From Hydrurus foetidus (lineage: Eukaryota): a stretch of DNA of 64,000 bases. The position numbers were made by a program, and so were the translations under genes. The DNA is taken from contig UYFQ01000001.1 of the NCBI GenBank assembly GCA_900617105.1, positions 3,658,001 through 3,722,000 on the forward strand, written 5' to 3'. Below the pieces are notes generated by a model. The model was not told the origin of the DNA and did not search any database. It saw only the letters and a list, made by a program, of their open reading frames with translations. This document shows positions 10,796 to 21,003 of the stretch, one piece after another (within the stretch, counting starts at the first letter, position 1; every line of letters starts with the position of its first letter).

Positions 10796-10831
10796 CTGCC
10801 GCTGCGCTATTTACCTAGCCCGCAGCGGCAG
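10796..10831. terminator. GC-rich hairpin between convergent genes
   Basis: CTGCCGCTGCG...CGCAGCGGCAG 11-bp inverted repeat; no clear U-tract. Confidence 0.5.
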
Positions 10832-10850
10832 TTAGCCGGCTACTCGTCGT

Positions 10851-11498
10851 TCAGGCCGTGGTCTCGTCCAGCATAGTGCTGGTCAAGTGCTGTGTGTCGG
10901 CCCAGCCCACTACAGTAAAACCTTCAGGCGTCCACAGCAAGCGGTTGATGGCGGCATTGCCCAAGTCCCATGTGCGCGGGGCTTGAATGTCTAGCCGCGT
11001 GGCGGCGCGGTATAGCACGTCCATCACGCCGCCGTGGGCGACCAAGGCAATTTGCTCACCGGGATGCAGTGCGGCCAGGCGCGATGCGGCCTCTAGCACG
11101 CGGGTGCGCAAAGCCACCAGCGTTTCACCGCCGTGTGGCGCAAATTCGGGGTCGCGCTTGCGCCAGCGCAGTGATTGTTCTGGCTGCGCAGCTTCAATTT
11201 CAGCGAATGTTTTGCCCTCAAAGTCTCCAAAGCGACGCTCCCGCAGACCTTCTTCTTTGGCCACAATGACGGCGCAACTGCGGCCCAGATACTGGGCAGT
11301 TTCCCAGGCGCGGGTCAGGTCACTGGCATAAATGGCGGCCAGCGGCTCGTTACCGAGTGCGTCGGCCAGCCGCTCTGCCTGCCAGCGGCCGACGGCGCTA
11401 AGCGGTATGTCCAAGTGGCCCTGAATGCGGGTGTCTACATTCCAGGTGGTTTCGCCGTGTCGAATGGCGATGATGCGGGTCGGTTCGATAAAACTCAT
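10851..11498 (-). CDS. Histidine phosphatase / phosphoglycerate mutase family
   Basis: RHGETTWN and VAHGG motifs. Confidence 0.9.
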   Translation of the reverse strand: MSFIEPTRIIAIRHGETTWNVDTRIQGHLDIPLSAVGRWQAERLADALGNEPLAAIYASDLTRAWETAQYLGRSCAVIVAKEEGLRERRFGDFEGKTFAEIEAAQPEQSLRWRKRDPEFAPHGGETLVALRTRVLEAASRLAALHPGEQIALVAHGGVMDVLYRAATRLDIQAPRTWDLGNAAINRLLWTPEGFTVVGWADTQHLTSTMLDETTA

Positions 11499-12106
11499 CT
11501 GGGTATTTCAACATTAACCCGGCGACTACCGGTGGGTGGCTGCGGAAACCCGAGTAAAGCAGAGTCCAGCATGGCTGGCAGCACAGCCAAAAAGTCGCCT
11601 GACGGGCCGTCGTTAACGGCGCGTGTTTCAAACACGACTTTTTGTGTAGCCAGCTCGCGCATCAAAACGGTCACGCTGCGTTTGTAGTATGGCGTGCTAA
11701 AACCAAACGGAAACGACAAACCCACCGAGCCGCCTAAACTGCCGCCGCCAATAAAAACGCCTGGCCCACCCACACCAAAGCCGCTGTCTGAATAGCGCTG
11801 CAGCACTTCGGTAGCGGCCACAACCTGTACTGCGTATTTGGCATCAGGCACGCTTAGCGCCATGCCGACTTTCGTCAAGCTGGTGGTGGCAATCGCTTCT
11901 ACCTTATCTTGATCGGCACCCGCGCTGATTTGCGACGGCAGCCTTTCAAAGCGGTAGCGGGTGTTGGGGCCAGGCGGGGTGGAGCTCCATGCTGAAAACG
12001 CAGTCACATCGCTGTCTACCAGGCGCATGCCTGAGCAGCCAGACAATGCCAAAACAGCTATTAATATAATAGCTGTTTGCGCCCGTGTTAATTGGGTAAA
12101 AAGCAT
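11495..12106 (-). CDS. Lipoprotein (DUF4136-like)
   Basis: Lipobox LSGC; Gly-rich central segment. Confidence 0.7.
   Translation of the reverse strand: MLFTQLTRAQTAIILIAVLALSGCSGMRLVDSDVTAFSAWSSTPPGPNTRYRFERLPSQISAGADQDKVEAIATTSLTKVGMALSVPDAKYAVQVVAATEVLQRYSDSGFGVGGPGVFIGGGSLGGSVGLSFPFGFSTPYYKRSVTVLMRELATQKVVFETRAVNDGPSGDFLAVLPAMLDSALLGFPQPPTGSRRVNVEIPR
12057..12106 (+). repeat. 48-bp dyad element copy covering the lipoprotein start and signal peptide (antisense)
   Basis: GCTA-ttaatataa-TAGC-tgtttgc-GCCC-gtgttaatt-GGGT-aaaaagc. Confidence 0.85.
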
Positions 12107-12115
12107 ATTTAACCC

Positions 12116-13045
12116 CTAAATTCGATCAAAATTGATGACAGACACCGCTGCTAACCCCAAGGGCTTGGGCGCAACAAACTCGTCGGCATCAAAAGCTTTG
12201 TCGCCGTCGCTGCTGGCCACGCCGGTGGTCTTAACGCCCTTAAAGTCATGGCGCTTGCCGTCCATCAAGTGCGACGGCACGATGTTTTGCAGCGCGCTAA
12301 ACATGTTTTCAATTCGGCCCGGAAATTTTTTGTCCCATTCGCGCAGCATGTTGCCGACCTGCTTGCGCTGCAAATTTTCCTGGCTGCCGCACAGCGTGCA
12401 CGGAATGATGGGAAAGGCTCGCACCTCGGCCCAGCGAGTCAAGTCTTTTTCAGGCACGTAGGCCATAGGCCGAATCACGATGTTTTTGCCATCGTCGCTG
12501 ACCAGCTTTGGCGGCATGCCTTTGAGTTTGGCGGCAAAAAACATGTTGAGAAAAAACGTTTGCAGCATGTCGTCACGGTGGTGGCCGAGGGCTATTTTGG
12601 TGGCGCCCAGCTCACCGGCTACCCGGTACAAAATGCCGCGCCGCAGGCGTGAGCACAGCGAGCACAGCGTTTTACCTTCAGGAATCACGCGTTTGACGAT
12701 GCTGTAGGTGTCCTGGTTTTCAATATGAAATGGCACGCCCAGTTTGCCTAAGTACTCGGGCAAGATGCGCTCGGGAAAACCGGGCTGCTTTTGGTCGAGG
12801 TTAACGGCAATCAGACTGAAATTAATCGGCGCGCGCTTTTGCAGTTTTAACAAAATGTCGAGCATGGCGTAGCTGTCTTTGCCGCCTGACACGCAGACCA
12901 TCACTTTGTCGCCCTCTTCAATCATGTTGAAGTCAACGATGGCGCGGCCTACTTCCCGGCACAGGCGCTTTTCCAGCTTGTGGTCTTCGCGCTCGGCTTT
13001 GGCTGCGTCGGGGGCGGTGCTTGGGCGTTCAATCAGGTCTTGCAT
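12116..13045 (-). CDS. ttcA: tRNA 2-thiocytidine(32) synthetase
   Basis: SGGKDS PP-loop, [17 protein letters not shown]. Confidence 0.95.
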   Translation of the reverse strand: MQDLIERPSTAPDAAKAEREDHKLEKRLCREVGRAIVDFNMIEEGDKVMVCVSGGKDSYAMLDILLKLQKRAPINFSLIAVNLDQKQPGFPERILPEYLGKLGVPFHIENQDTYSIVKRVIPEGKTLCSLCSRLRRGILYRVAGELGATKIALGHHRDDMLQTFFLNMFFAAKLKGMPPKLVSDDGKNIVIRPMAYVPEKDLTRWAEVRAFPIIPCTLCGSQENLQRKQVGNMLREWDKKFPGRIENMFSALQNIVPSHLMDGKRHDFKGVKTTGVASSDGDKAFDADEFVAPKPLGLAAVSVINFDRI

Positions 13046-13196
13046 GCTGATATTTTCGCACTGAAGCATGCAAAAAATTGGGCGGGGCTGCTGCCCGCGA
13101 GAAACCAGCCGCGCAGGCTCGTTCGACGGCCTCTCTGCAATGTATAAGCGTTACTATCTATTAGCGCTGAAGTTTAATTTGCGCAGTGGCGGTTTT

Positions 13197-15017
13197 ATGC
13201 GTTGTGGCTGGTCTGTTTTTTGTCTTTTAACGCTGGCAGCGGTGCAGGGCGCTGGCCTAACCGCTGTGTCCGCTGCGCCTTCTGCAGTCTCGGCTGGCGG
13301 TTTTGTGCCGCTGGCCATGGTGCTTACCGACACCGCTGGTAGACTAGGCTCAGACTACTTTGCAGTGCGCGCCAATACCCCGCAAGAGGCAACCATTGGG
13401 CAAATTACAGCGGCGGGGCCAGCCGGTTTTGTTGCGTTTGATCCGCGCCAGACCTACGAGCTGAATAAAAGCAATGCGCTGTGGCTTTACTTTCGGGTGC
13501 AGCCGGGCCAACGGACGCTGGCCGACTGGACTGTGGTGCTGTCCAAGCCATTTATAGACAAAGCAGAGTTTTATTTTCAAGACGCTCAAGGCGTGTGGCG
13601 CATGCAGGCCGCGGGCACCAAAGTGGCTCACCGGCTGTGGCCGTCTCGTGGCCTTGCGCCGCAGTTTGACCTGAGCGACGCGCTCGCATTGGCGCCAGCG
13701 CCCGGCACCGCCACTGGTGCGCCACGAGACTTCTACATTCGCATTGAAAAGTGGATTCCGCTGCGCTTCGATGCTGAGGTGCAGCGCACCAGCACCGTCG
13801 GCGAACAAACCCAAAACACTTTTTTGGCCTTGGGGCTTTTGCTGGGTTTGTTGGGCTTTATGTTTATTTTCAGTTGTGTATTAAGCGTGCTGTACCGCAA
13901 CCGGGCCTACGCTTTCTACGCGGCATACGTAGCGGCGGCGTTGTTGGCGGCGGCCAGCTTCAGTGGCGTCGCCGCCTATGTGTTTTGGCCTGCTGCAGTC
14001 GGCTGGCCGGCCATATCCACCATGGTGTTCGTATTGCTGGGCTTGGCAGCGCAATTGGCTTTTACCCGCAGCATTTTCATTGCGCCGGGCACGCCGAGGG
14101 TTTGGGCCCGGTTAATGTCCACCGCAATAGTGGCGTTGCTGTTGGCCACAGCCGTTTTTATTGCGGTAGACCATCCGCGGGTGCGACTGTTGATATTTGC
14201 AATCGCCATTCCGCTGGCGTTTGGCATCATCGCTGTAGTTGCCATCCGCGCGCTGCGCCACGACCGGCCGGTGGCTGCCTTGTATTTGCTGTCGTTTGGG
14301 CCTATGTTGGCGGTTATTGTCTTGACCCAGATCGAACAGCTCGGTATTGCTGCCTTGCCTTGGCTGCCGTACAACGTACCGATTTATGGCCTTATCCTGG
14401 AGCTGCCATTGCTTTTGGTTGCGCTTCACCTGCACGCCAAAAAAACGCACACCCAAGCGGTGCGCAGCATTACGCTGGCGCACACCGACCCGCTGACCGG
14501 GTTTGTGGCCTCTGGCCTGTACCCCGCTGCACTTGCCAGCCTGTGGGGCGCGGCGCAAGAGGCAGGTGCCGACCTGACGGTGGTGTACGTCAGGGTTGTT
14601 GACGGTCATGCCGACACGTCGCTGATCCCCGCAGCTGATACCCGCCGCGACGTGCTCAGGTGCGTGCGCATGCTGCGCACGGTAGCGCGCGACGACGACA
14701 CCATCGCCCGCGTTACTGACGACATTTTTGCCATGCTGATGCCGGGCGTGTCGCGGTCTGAACGGCTGGCCAGCAAACTGTCGCGTCTGGTGGCGCTGGG
14801 CGTTATGGTGGATTCCGACGATAGCCGCTCCCACCCGATCAAATTTAAAATTGTGGCCAGCACGCTGCGCAGTTTTTCCGGGGAAAGTACCGCGCTGGAC
14901 GAGTCCTTGCGCAGCTTTTTGGTCAAGGCCGACGTCCGACAAGCGCGGGTAATCAGTTTTTTGTCCAAGCGGCCGCGACAGCCGGTTGAAATTGACAGCG
15001 CCAGCTGCAGCAAATAG
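13197..15017 (+). CDS. 7TMR-DISM sensor with degenerate GGDEF domain
   Basis: Signal peptide, DISMED2-like periplasmic domain, 7 TM helices, TDPLTG...ARVTDDIF. Confidence 0.75.
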   Translation: MRCGWSVFCLLTLAAVQGAGLTAVSAAPSAVSAGGFVPLAMVLTDTAGRLGSDYFAVRANTPQEATIGQITAAGPAGFVAFDPRQTYELNKSNALWLYFRVQPGQRTLADWTVVLSKPFIDKAEFYFQDAQGVWRMQAAGTKVAHRLWPSRGLAPQFDLSDALALAPAPGTATGAPRDFYIRIEKWIPLRFDAEVQRTSTVGEQTQNTFLALGLLLGLLGFMFIFSCVLSVLYRNRAYAFYAAYVAAALLAAASFSGVAAYVFWPAAVGWPAISTMVFVLLGLAAQLAFTRSIFIAPGTPRVWARLMSTAIVALLLATAVFIAVDHPRVRLLIFAIAIPLAFGIIAVVAIRALRHDRPVAALYLLSFGPMLAVIVLTQIEQLGIAALPWLPYNVPIYGLILELPLLLVALHLHAKKTHTQAVRSITLAHTDPLTGFVASGLYPAALASLWGAAQEAGADLTVVYVRVVDGHADTSLIPAADTRRDVLRCVRMLRTVARDDDTIARVTDDIFAMLMPGVSRSERLASKLSRLVALGVMVDSDDSRSHPIKFKIVASTLRSFSGESTALDESLRSFLVKADVRQARVISFLSKRPRQPVEIDSASCSK

Positions 15018-15221
15018 GCTGATGCTGGGACAGTTTTACCAGCGCTTTCGCGGCAAGGGTTTTTGCACCACGTTGGTGAATGTTCTTCTGCAGCCTGCAC
15101 GCGGCTGTGACAAATCGCACGCCCAGCATTGCTGCGCTGCACAATTACGTTTTAAAAGCCGGGCTGCCAAATTAAAATACGCACTCTTTTCGTGCAGACG
15201 GTTTAATTTTTTGGGTAGATC

Positions 15222-16991
15222 ATGCGGCGTGGTTGGTTACTGGGTCTGGGGTGCGTCTGCGTCTTTCTGAATGCGGGCTCAAAGGTCAACGCGCAGTCTG
15301 CCGGGCAGTCCGCTCCGCTGTTTCCGGCACCAATTAACTTGTCTGCCCCGCAGCCTGACTCACGCGCAAACTCCCTGTCTTTGTTTGGGCCTTCATCCAT
15401 CGCGGTGCTGCAAGACTCCCCAATTGACACGACCGTCGAGCAAATTGCAGCCTTGCCACCGTCGGATTTTGCGGCGCTCAATCCAAACAAAACCTATCCG
15501 CTAAACGCCAAAAAAGCCTTGTGGCTGCACTTTCGGGCAATCGGCCCAGCCGCCACGCCAACGCTTAACTGGACGTTTGAGCTGCCCAAGCCGTTTGTGG
15601 ACAAGGTGGAGCTCTACCACCGCAACGCACAAGGCGGCTGGGATAAACAGCAAGCCGGCGACTGGGTGCCGCAGGCGCAATGGGCCATGCGCGGGTTGTA
15701 CCCACAGTTTCATTTGCCTAAACTTGCTGCGGGGACTAACGACTTTTACGTGAAGATTACCCAGCTGTTGCCACTGCGTTTTAGTGTCACGTTAAAAACG
15801 GCAGAGTCAGCCAGCTTTGACCACCAAAACTCGCTGCTGGCCAACGGCCTGCTGCTGGGGCTGATGCTGTTTGTTTCGCTATTTGCAGGCGTGTTGGCGC
15901 TGATTTACCGCAACAAAATTTATGGCTGGTATGCGGTTTATGTGGGGTTTGCGTTTTTGGCGATAGCCTCTTATGCAGGCTTGGCCTATTACGCGTTTTG
16001 GCCAACTTCAATCTGGCTGCCCGAAATATCACACGGCGTTTTTTTAACGCTGGCTATCGCTTCGCAAATTCAATTTTGCCGCGTGTTGTTCATTGATCCG
16101 AAGGCCGCGCCGCTTTTGAACCTGTGGATGCTGATTGGCACGCTAGTTTTGGCGGCGACTATTGCGCGCCATGCGTTTACGGCGTTTAACGGCATCGAGT
16201 GGCGTGTGGGTACGCTGTTGATGGTGGTGGCTGTTGGCACACTACTGATGTTCGGTATTGTGGTCAAGGCTGTTTTTCAGCGCCGCAGCATCGCGCTGTT
16301 ATGGATAGTGGCCTACCTTCCGGTCTTTGCCGCGTTGGCTTTGACGCTGGTCGAACAATTTGGTTTGGCCGCTTTGCCTTGGCTGCCTTACAACGCGATT
16401 GGTTTTGCGGTGGGCTTTGAAGTATTGTTGCTGTTGATTGCGCTGCACTTGCACGTCAAGTCAAACCATGCCTGGGACGTTCGGCAAACGACACTGGTTG
16501 AGCTTGATCCTTTGAGCGGTTTTCTAGCGCCGCTGTACTTTCCCGATACGCTGGCGCAGTTGTGGAGCCAAGCCAGGCACGCGCGCGAGGACATTGCGGT
16601 TGCCTACGTTCGTGCTGACATTGATCTGACCGGGAAACGACTCGCAGCGCCGGTCAGCGAAGACGAGCTGGTGCTGCGCTGCGTTCGAATGCTGCGCATG
16701 GTGACACGGCTTGACGACACAGTGGCCCGTATTGACGGCAATGTGTTTGCTATTTTGATGCCGCGGGTGTCGGCTGGCTCAAACTTTGCGGGCAAGCTTT
16801 CTCGGTTGGTGGCGCTGGGCGTGATGCGCGACACCGACGACGCAGCGCAGCAGCCAGTTCGGTTTCGAATTGCCGCCACCACTTTTGGCAGCTTTTCGGG
16901 TACCTCGAAGCAGCTGCATGAAGCGCTCAAGCAAAAGTTGAGCAGCTTGACAGCGGCCTCAGAGCGCACGATAGAGTTTGTGCGTGGCTAG
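15222..16991 (+). CDS. 7TMR-DISM sensor with degenerate GGDEF domain (paralog)
   Basis: Same architecture; LDPLSG...ARIDGNVF; shared LPWLPYN and KLSRLVALGVM. Confidence 0.75.
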   Translation: MRRGWLLGLGCVCVFLNAGSKVNAQSAGQSAPLFPAPINLSAPQPDSRANSLSLFGPSSIAVLQDSPIDTTVEQIAALPPSDFAALNPNKTYPLNAKKALWLHFRAIGPAATPTLNWTFELPKPFVDKVELYHRNAQGGWDKQQAGDWVPQAQWAMRGLYPQFHLPKLAAGTNDFYVKITQLLPLRFSVTLKTAESASFDHQNSLLANGLLLGLMLFVSLFAGVLALIYRNKIYGWYAVYVGFAFLAIASYAGLAYYAFWPTSIWLPEISHGVFLTLAIASQIQFCRVLFIDPKAAPLLNLWMLIGTLVLAATIARHAFTAFNGIEWRVGTLLMVVAVGTLLMFGIVVKAVFQRRSIALLWIVAYLPVFAALALTLVEQFGLAALPWLPYNAIGFAVGFEVLLLLIALHLHVKSNHAWDVRQTTLVELDPLSGFLAPLYFPDTLAQLWSQARHAREDIAVAYVRADIDLTGKRLAAPVSEDELVLRCVRMLRMVTRLDDTVARIDGNVFAILMPRVSAGSNFAGKLSRLVALGVMRDTDDAAQQPVRFRIAATTFGSFSGTSKQLHEALKQKLSSLTAASERTIEFVRG

Positions 16992-17016
16992 GCCTTTTTA
17001 AGTGGCTGCCGTTCAA

Positions 17017-17388
17017 TTACCACTGACCGGTCTCAATCCGAATAGCCACTTCGCAGTCGTCAAATATCTCCAGCTTGGCGATTTTGACGCGCACGCCCAC
17101 CACGCCCGGCAGCTGCATCAGGCGCTGCGCAACTTTGCCGATCAGCGACTCCAGCAAATTGACATGGGTTGCTGTGCATTCACTGATGATGATTTGGCGC
17201 ACCTTGCGGTAGTCGAGCACGCGGTGAATTTCGTCGTCGCTCGGCAGCAGTGGCTGGGTGCCTAAATTGAGTTCGGCATCAACCTGAATCGGCTGCGGTG
17301 CGACTTTTTCGGTTTCTAAAATACCCAGGCTGGCATCAAAGCGCAGGCCGGTCAGCGTCAAAATTTGTGTGCCGCGGGTGTTGAACAT
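17017..17388 (-). CDS. folB: Dihydroneopterin aldolase
   Basis: GILETEK..Q, LDYR, NLLESL, VKIAK motifs. Confidence 0.88.
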   Translation of the reverse strand: MFNTRGTQILTLTGLRFDASLGILETEKVAPQPIQVDAELNLGTQPLLPSDDEIHRVLDYRKVRQIIISECTATHVNLLESLIGKVAQRLMQLPGVVGVRVKIAKLEIFDDCEVAIRIETGQW

Positions 17389-17390
17389 AG

Positions 17391-18242
17391 CTACTTTTTA
17401 TTGTCTGGTGAAGCGGCTGGTGATACGGGCGGTGCGTCGGGCATTAATGAAAAGTCGCGCGCAAACTTCATCAAGTGTTGGCCACCATCGACCAGCAGTG
17501 TGGTGCCGGTAATCGACTGGTTATCTAGTGCAAATTTAACCGTAGCTGCAACGTCCGCCGGCGTAGACGACCGGCCGAGCGGCGACAGTTTGTGCAGCGC
17601 TTCAAACTGCGCGTCGCTCAGCAAGTGGCTGGTTAGCGTTAGCCCTGGCGCCACGCCTACCACCCGCACCAGCGGGGCCAGCGCCATGGCCAGCATGGTG
17701 TTGGCGGCTTCCAGCGCGGCTTTTGACAGGGTGTAACTCAAAAAATCGGGGTTTTGGTTCCACAGCTTTTGGTCGAGCAAATTCACCACCGCGCCGCGAG
17801 CTGACGTTTCGCCGCGCGCCGATGTGTCGCCAGCGGCGTTACGGCTGGCCAGGTGGGTGTGCAATGCCTGCGCCAGCAAAATCGGCGCGCCGGTGTTGCT
17901 GCGCAGGTGGTTTTCAAGCGCGGCGAAGCTAAAAGTAGCCGCATCGTCTTGCTCGAAGGCAGACGCACTGTTGACCACAGCATCAACCCGGCCAAACCTG
18001 GCTATTACTTGGGGTAAAAGTGCTTTAACGTCTGATTCTGATCCTAAATCAGCATAAAAAAGGTCTGAATCACCCTGAATTTGGGCGCAAGCAGCTACTG
18101 TTTCAATAGCGTCTTGTTTGGAGCTGCGGTAGTGCACAGCCACACGCCAGCCGCCGGTAGCAAGCGCCAAAGCGATTTCGCGGCCCAGTCGCTTGGCGGC
18201 GCCGGTAACTAAAACAACGGGGGCAGGGGTGGTGAGCGGCAT
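17391..18242 (-). CDS. SDR oxidoreductase (pteridine reductase/FolM-like)
   Basis: TGAAKRLG, YTLSK, VDGGQHL; adjacent to folB. Confidence 0.85.
   Translation of the reverse strand: MPLTTPAPVVLVTGAAKRLGREIALALATGGWRVAVHYRSSKQDAIETVAACAQIQGDSDLFYADLGSESDVKALLPQVIARFGRVDAVVNSASAFEQDDAATFSFAALENHLRSNTGAPILLAQALHTHLASRNAAGDTSARGETSARGAVVNLLDQKLWNQNPDFLSYTLSKAALEAANTMLAMALAPLVRVVGVAPGLTLTSHLLSDAQFEALHKLSPLGRSSTPADVAATVKFALDNQSITGTTLLVDGGQHLMKFARDFSLMPDAPPVSPAASPDNKK
18063..18110 (-). repeat. 48-bp dyad element copy inside SDR gene
   Basis: GCTA-ttgaaacag-TAGC-tgcttgc-GCCC-aaattcagg = AIETVAACAQIQG. Confidence 0.8.
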
Positions 18243-18302
18243 AGTGTGGTGATAAACAATCGTCGACAATCTGCTTTGAAAAGTATTGTCATCACAGCGC
18301 CT

Positions 18303-19403
18303 ATGTTAACGACTCCCCTGCAAATCCGAATTCAAGAAGCCATTGCCCAAGCGGGCGGCTGGTTGGGGTTTGACCGTTTTATGGACATGGCGCTGTACAC
18401 ACCGGGCCTGGGCTACTACGCCAACGACCTTCGCAAGTTTGGATTAATGCCCGGCGGAAGCATTTCCAAGCAAACGGGCGGCAGCGACTTTGTGACCGCA
18501 CCCGAAATGTCACCCCGCTTTGGCCAAGCGCTGGCGCGGCAAATTGCTGAGGCTTTTGACGCCACGGGCGTGCATGAGGTGTGGGAGTTTGGCGCGGGCT
18601 CTGGCGCGCTGGCCGAGCATATTTTGCAGGCGCTGCCGCAGATCGAGCGCTACACGATTGTTGATTTGTCAGGCAGCTTGCGGGCGCGCCAGCAGCAGCG
18701 GCTTTTAAATTTTGCAGGCAAGGTGAACTGGGCCAACGCGTTGCCTGAAAAAATCAACGGTGTGATCATTGGCAACGAGGTACTGGACGCAATGCCGGTC
18801 AAGCTGCTTGCCCGCGTCAATGGCGCTTGGCACGAACGGGGCGTTGTGTTGAGCGCCGGTGCGTTTGCCCACGCAGACCAGCCAACCGACATGCGGCCGC
18901 CTTTTGAGGTGGTCGGCACGCATGATTATTTGACTGAAATTCACCCCCAAGCCGAAGGTTTTATCAGCACGCTTGCCGACAAGCTGGCGGCCGGCGCTAT
19001 TTTTCTTATTGACTACGGCTTTCCCGAGCACGAGTACTACCACCCGCAGCGCAGCATGGGCACCGTGGTGTGCCACCGTGCGCACCTGGTTGATGGCGAT
19101 GCGCTGGTGGATGTGGGCTACAAGGACATCACCGCGCATGTTAATTTCACCGGCATGGCGCTGGCCGGGCAAGCGGCTGGGCTAGAGGTGTTGGGCTACA
19201 CCGGGCAAGGGCGATTTTTACTTAACTGCGGCGTGCTAAACGGCATGGAAGAAGCAAGCATTGCCGAGCGCGCCATGGTGCAAAAGCTCATTAACGAGCA
19301 CGAAATGGGCGAGCTGTTCAAAGTCATCGCCTTTGGGGCTAAAAACACAGCGCCGTGGCAGCCGATGGGTTTTGCAAGCGGTGACCGCACGCACACGTTG
19401 TAA
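18303..19403 (+). CDS. SAM-dependent methyltransferase, MidA/NDUFAF7 family
   Basis: DFVTAPE, EFGAGSG, NEVLDAMP, IDYG, DITAHV, MGELFK motifs. Confidence 0.9.
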   Translation: MLTTPLQIRIQEAIAQAGGWLGFDRFMDMALYTPGLGYYANDLRKFGLMPGGSISKQTGGSDFVTAPEMSPRFGQALARQIAEAFDATGVHEVWEFGAGSGALAEHILQALPQIERYTIVDLSGSLRARQQQRLLNFAGKVNWANALPEKINGVIIGNEVLDAMPVKLLARVNGAWHERGVVLSAGAFAHADQPTDMRPPFEVVGTHDYLTEIHPQAEGFISTLADKLAAGAIFLIDYGFPEHEYYHPQRSMGTVVCHRAHLVDGDALVDVGYKDITAHVNFTGMALAGQAAGLEVLGYTGQGRFLLNCGVLNGMEEASIAERAMVQKLINEHEMGELFKVIAFGAKNTAPWQPMGFASGDRTHTL

Positions 19404-19406
19404 ATC

Positions 19407-19601
19407 ATGATTCGGTGGATGATTGTTATTTTCTTGGCGCTGGTGTTTATCAGTGCGCTTACGCCGTGGCTAAACAAGCTGGGCTTTGGCAAGTTGCCGG
19501 GCGACTTGCGCTTTAAGCTGTTTGGCAAAGAGCGCTACCTTCCGCTAACCACCACGATTGTGCTGAGCCTGATTGCCAGCGTGGTCAGCCAGTTGGTCTA
19601 G
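19407..19601 (+). CDS. Small membrane protein (DUF2905-like)
   Basis: GKLPGD motif between two TM helices. Confidence 0.75.
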   Translation: MIRWMIVIFLALVFISALTPWLNKLGFGKLPGDLRFKLFGKERYLPLTTTIVLSLIASVVSQLV

Positions 19602-19610
19602 GCGCGTGGG

Positions 19611-20996
19611 TCACTCTTGGTCGCATGTCAGCAGCGCATTTAAAAAACTTTTGCGCCACCAGTGCACATCTTCATTTTGTATACCTTCCAGCAGCCTCTG
19701 GTGCCGCCGTTGACGGTCAATCAATGGCATTTGCAGCGCCCGCTGAATGCTCTCGGCGGTGCCGCGCGTGTCGTACGGGTTCACCAGCAGCGCATCTTTC
19801 ATTTGTTCTGCAGCGCCTGCAAAACGTGACAACACGAGCACACCTGGGTCAGCCGGGTCTTGCGCTGCAACAAATTCCTTGGCCACCAGATTCATGCCGT
19901 CCCGCAGCGGCGTGACCAGTGCAACGTCGGCAGCCCGATACAAGCCCGGCAACCGCTTGCGCGCCACATTGCGGTGGATGTAGCGCACCGGCATCCAGTC
20001 CAGCTCGCCGTAGTCGCCGTTGATGGCGCCGCACAGGCTTTCAAGCTCGCGACGCAGTCCGCTGTAGCTGTCCAAAGCCTCGCGGCTGAGTGATGCAATC
20101 TGAATGAGTGTGGCGCTCCTGATATTTTCAGGGTAGTTTTTAAGCAGCTCTCGAAACGCGCGAAGCCGTTGCGGCAGGCCTTTTGAGTAGTCCAGCCGCT
20201 CAACGCCCAGCAACAGGCGGCGGCGTAAATACTCGGTGGTCATTCGCTCGTACATGTCGTTGGCATCTTTGCCGCGACTTTGCGCCGCAAATTCATCAAC
20301 GTCAATCCCGATGGGAAACGCCTGCGCCTGCACTTTGCGGCCAAAGTCCCGAAACTGGTGCTCAGGCAACGTTTGCGCAGCGACTTCCTTGCCCACATAA
20401 CTTGCAAAGTGCTCTACATCGGCCTGGCTTTGGAAGCCTATCAGGTCGTAGGCAAACAGTGATTTGATCAGCCACTCGTGCTGCGGAACAGCCGCCAAAA
20501 TCAGTGGCGGCGGCAGCGGGATGTGCAGAAAAAAGCCAATGCGGTTTTTGCAACCCATGGCACGCAGCTCTGCCGCCATCGGAATCAGGTGATAGTCGTG
20601 CACCCAGATGGTGTCGTCTGGTTGAAGCAGCGGCAGCAGCTTGCGGGCCATTAGCTGGTTCACGCGCCGGTAGCCACCAATGTAGCCAGCGTCAAAATTG
20701 GCCAGGTCCAGCCGATAATGAAACACTGGCCACAACACGCCGTTGCTGTAGCCCAGGTAGTAGCTGTCGTGGTCGTCGCGGCACAAATCAAGCGTGCTCA
20801 AGCTCACATTGCCAGCGTGTTGAGTGTGTACATCGCCCTCGCCGGGCGCGCCGCCTTCAACTACTGTGCCGCTCCAGCCAAACCACAGGCCGCCGTTGAC
20901 TGCAAGTGCTTCGCCAAGTGCCACCGCTAGGCCGCCCGCAGCCGCCGCCTTGCGCGGGTCTGCCACGCGGTTGGACACGACCACGAGGCGGCTCAT
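19611..20996 (-). CDS. otsA: Trehalose-6-phosphate synthase
   Basis: [32 protein letters not shown]. Confidence 0.93.
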   Translation of the reverse strand: MSRLVVVSNRVADPRKAAAAGGLAVALGEALAVNGGLWFGWSGTVVEGGAPGEGDVHTQHAGNVSLSTLDLCRDDHDSYYLGYSNGVLWPVFHYRLDLANFDAGYIGGYRRVNQLMARKLLPLLQPDDTIWVHDYHLIPMAAELRAMGCKNRIGFFLHIPLPPPLILAAVPQHEWLIKSLFAYDLIGFQSQADVEHFASYVGKEVAAQTLPEHQFRDFGRKVQAQAFPIGIDVDEFAAQSRGKDANDMYERMTTEYLRRRLLLGVERLDYSKGLPQRLRAFRELLKNYPENIRSATLIQIASLSREALDSYSGLRRELESLCGAINGDYGELDWMPVRYIHRNVARKRLPGLYRAADVALVTPLRDGMNLVAKEFVAAQDPADPGVLVLSRFAGAAEQMKDALLVNPYDTRGTAESIQRALQMPLIDRQRRHQRLLEGIQNEDVHWWRKSFLNALLTCDQE

Positions 20997-21003
20997 ACCT
21001 TGC

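Noticed and set aside
10796..10831. GCTA...TAGC in the ruvB hairpin loop as an element copy
   Set aside because: Spacer is 6 nt, not 9, and the second dyad is absent.
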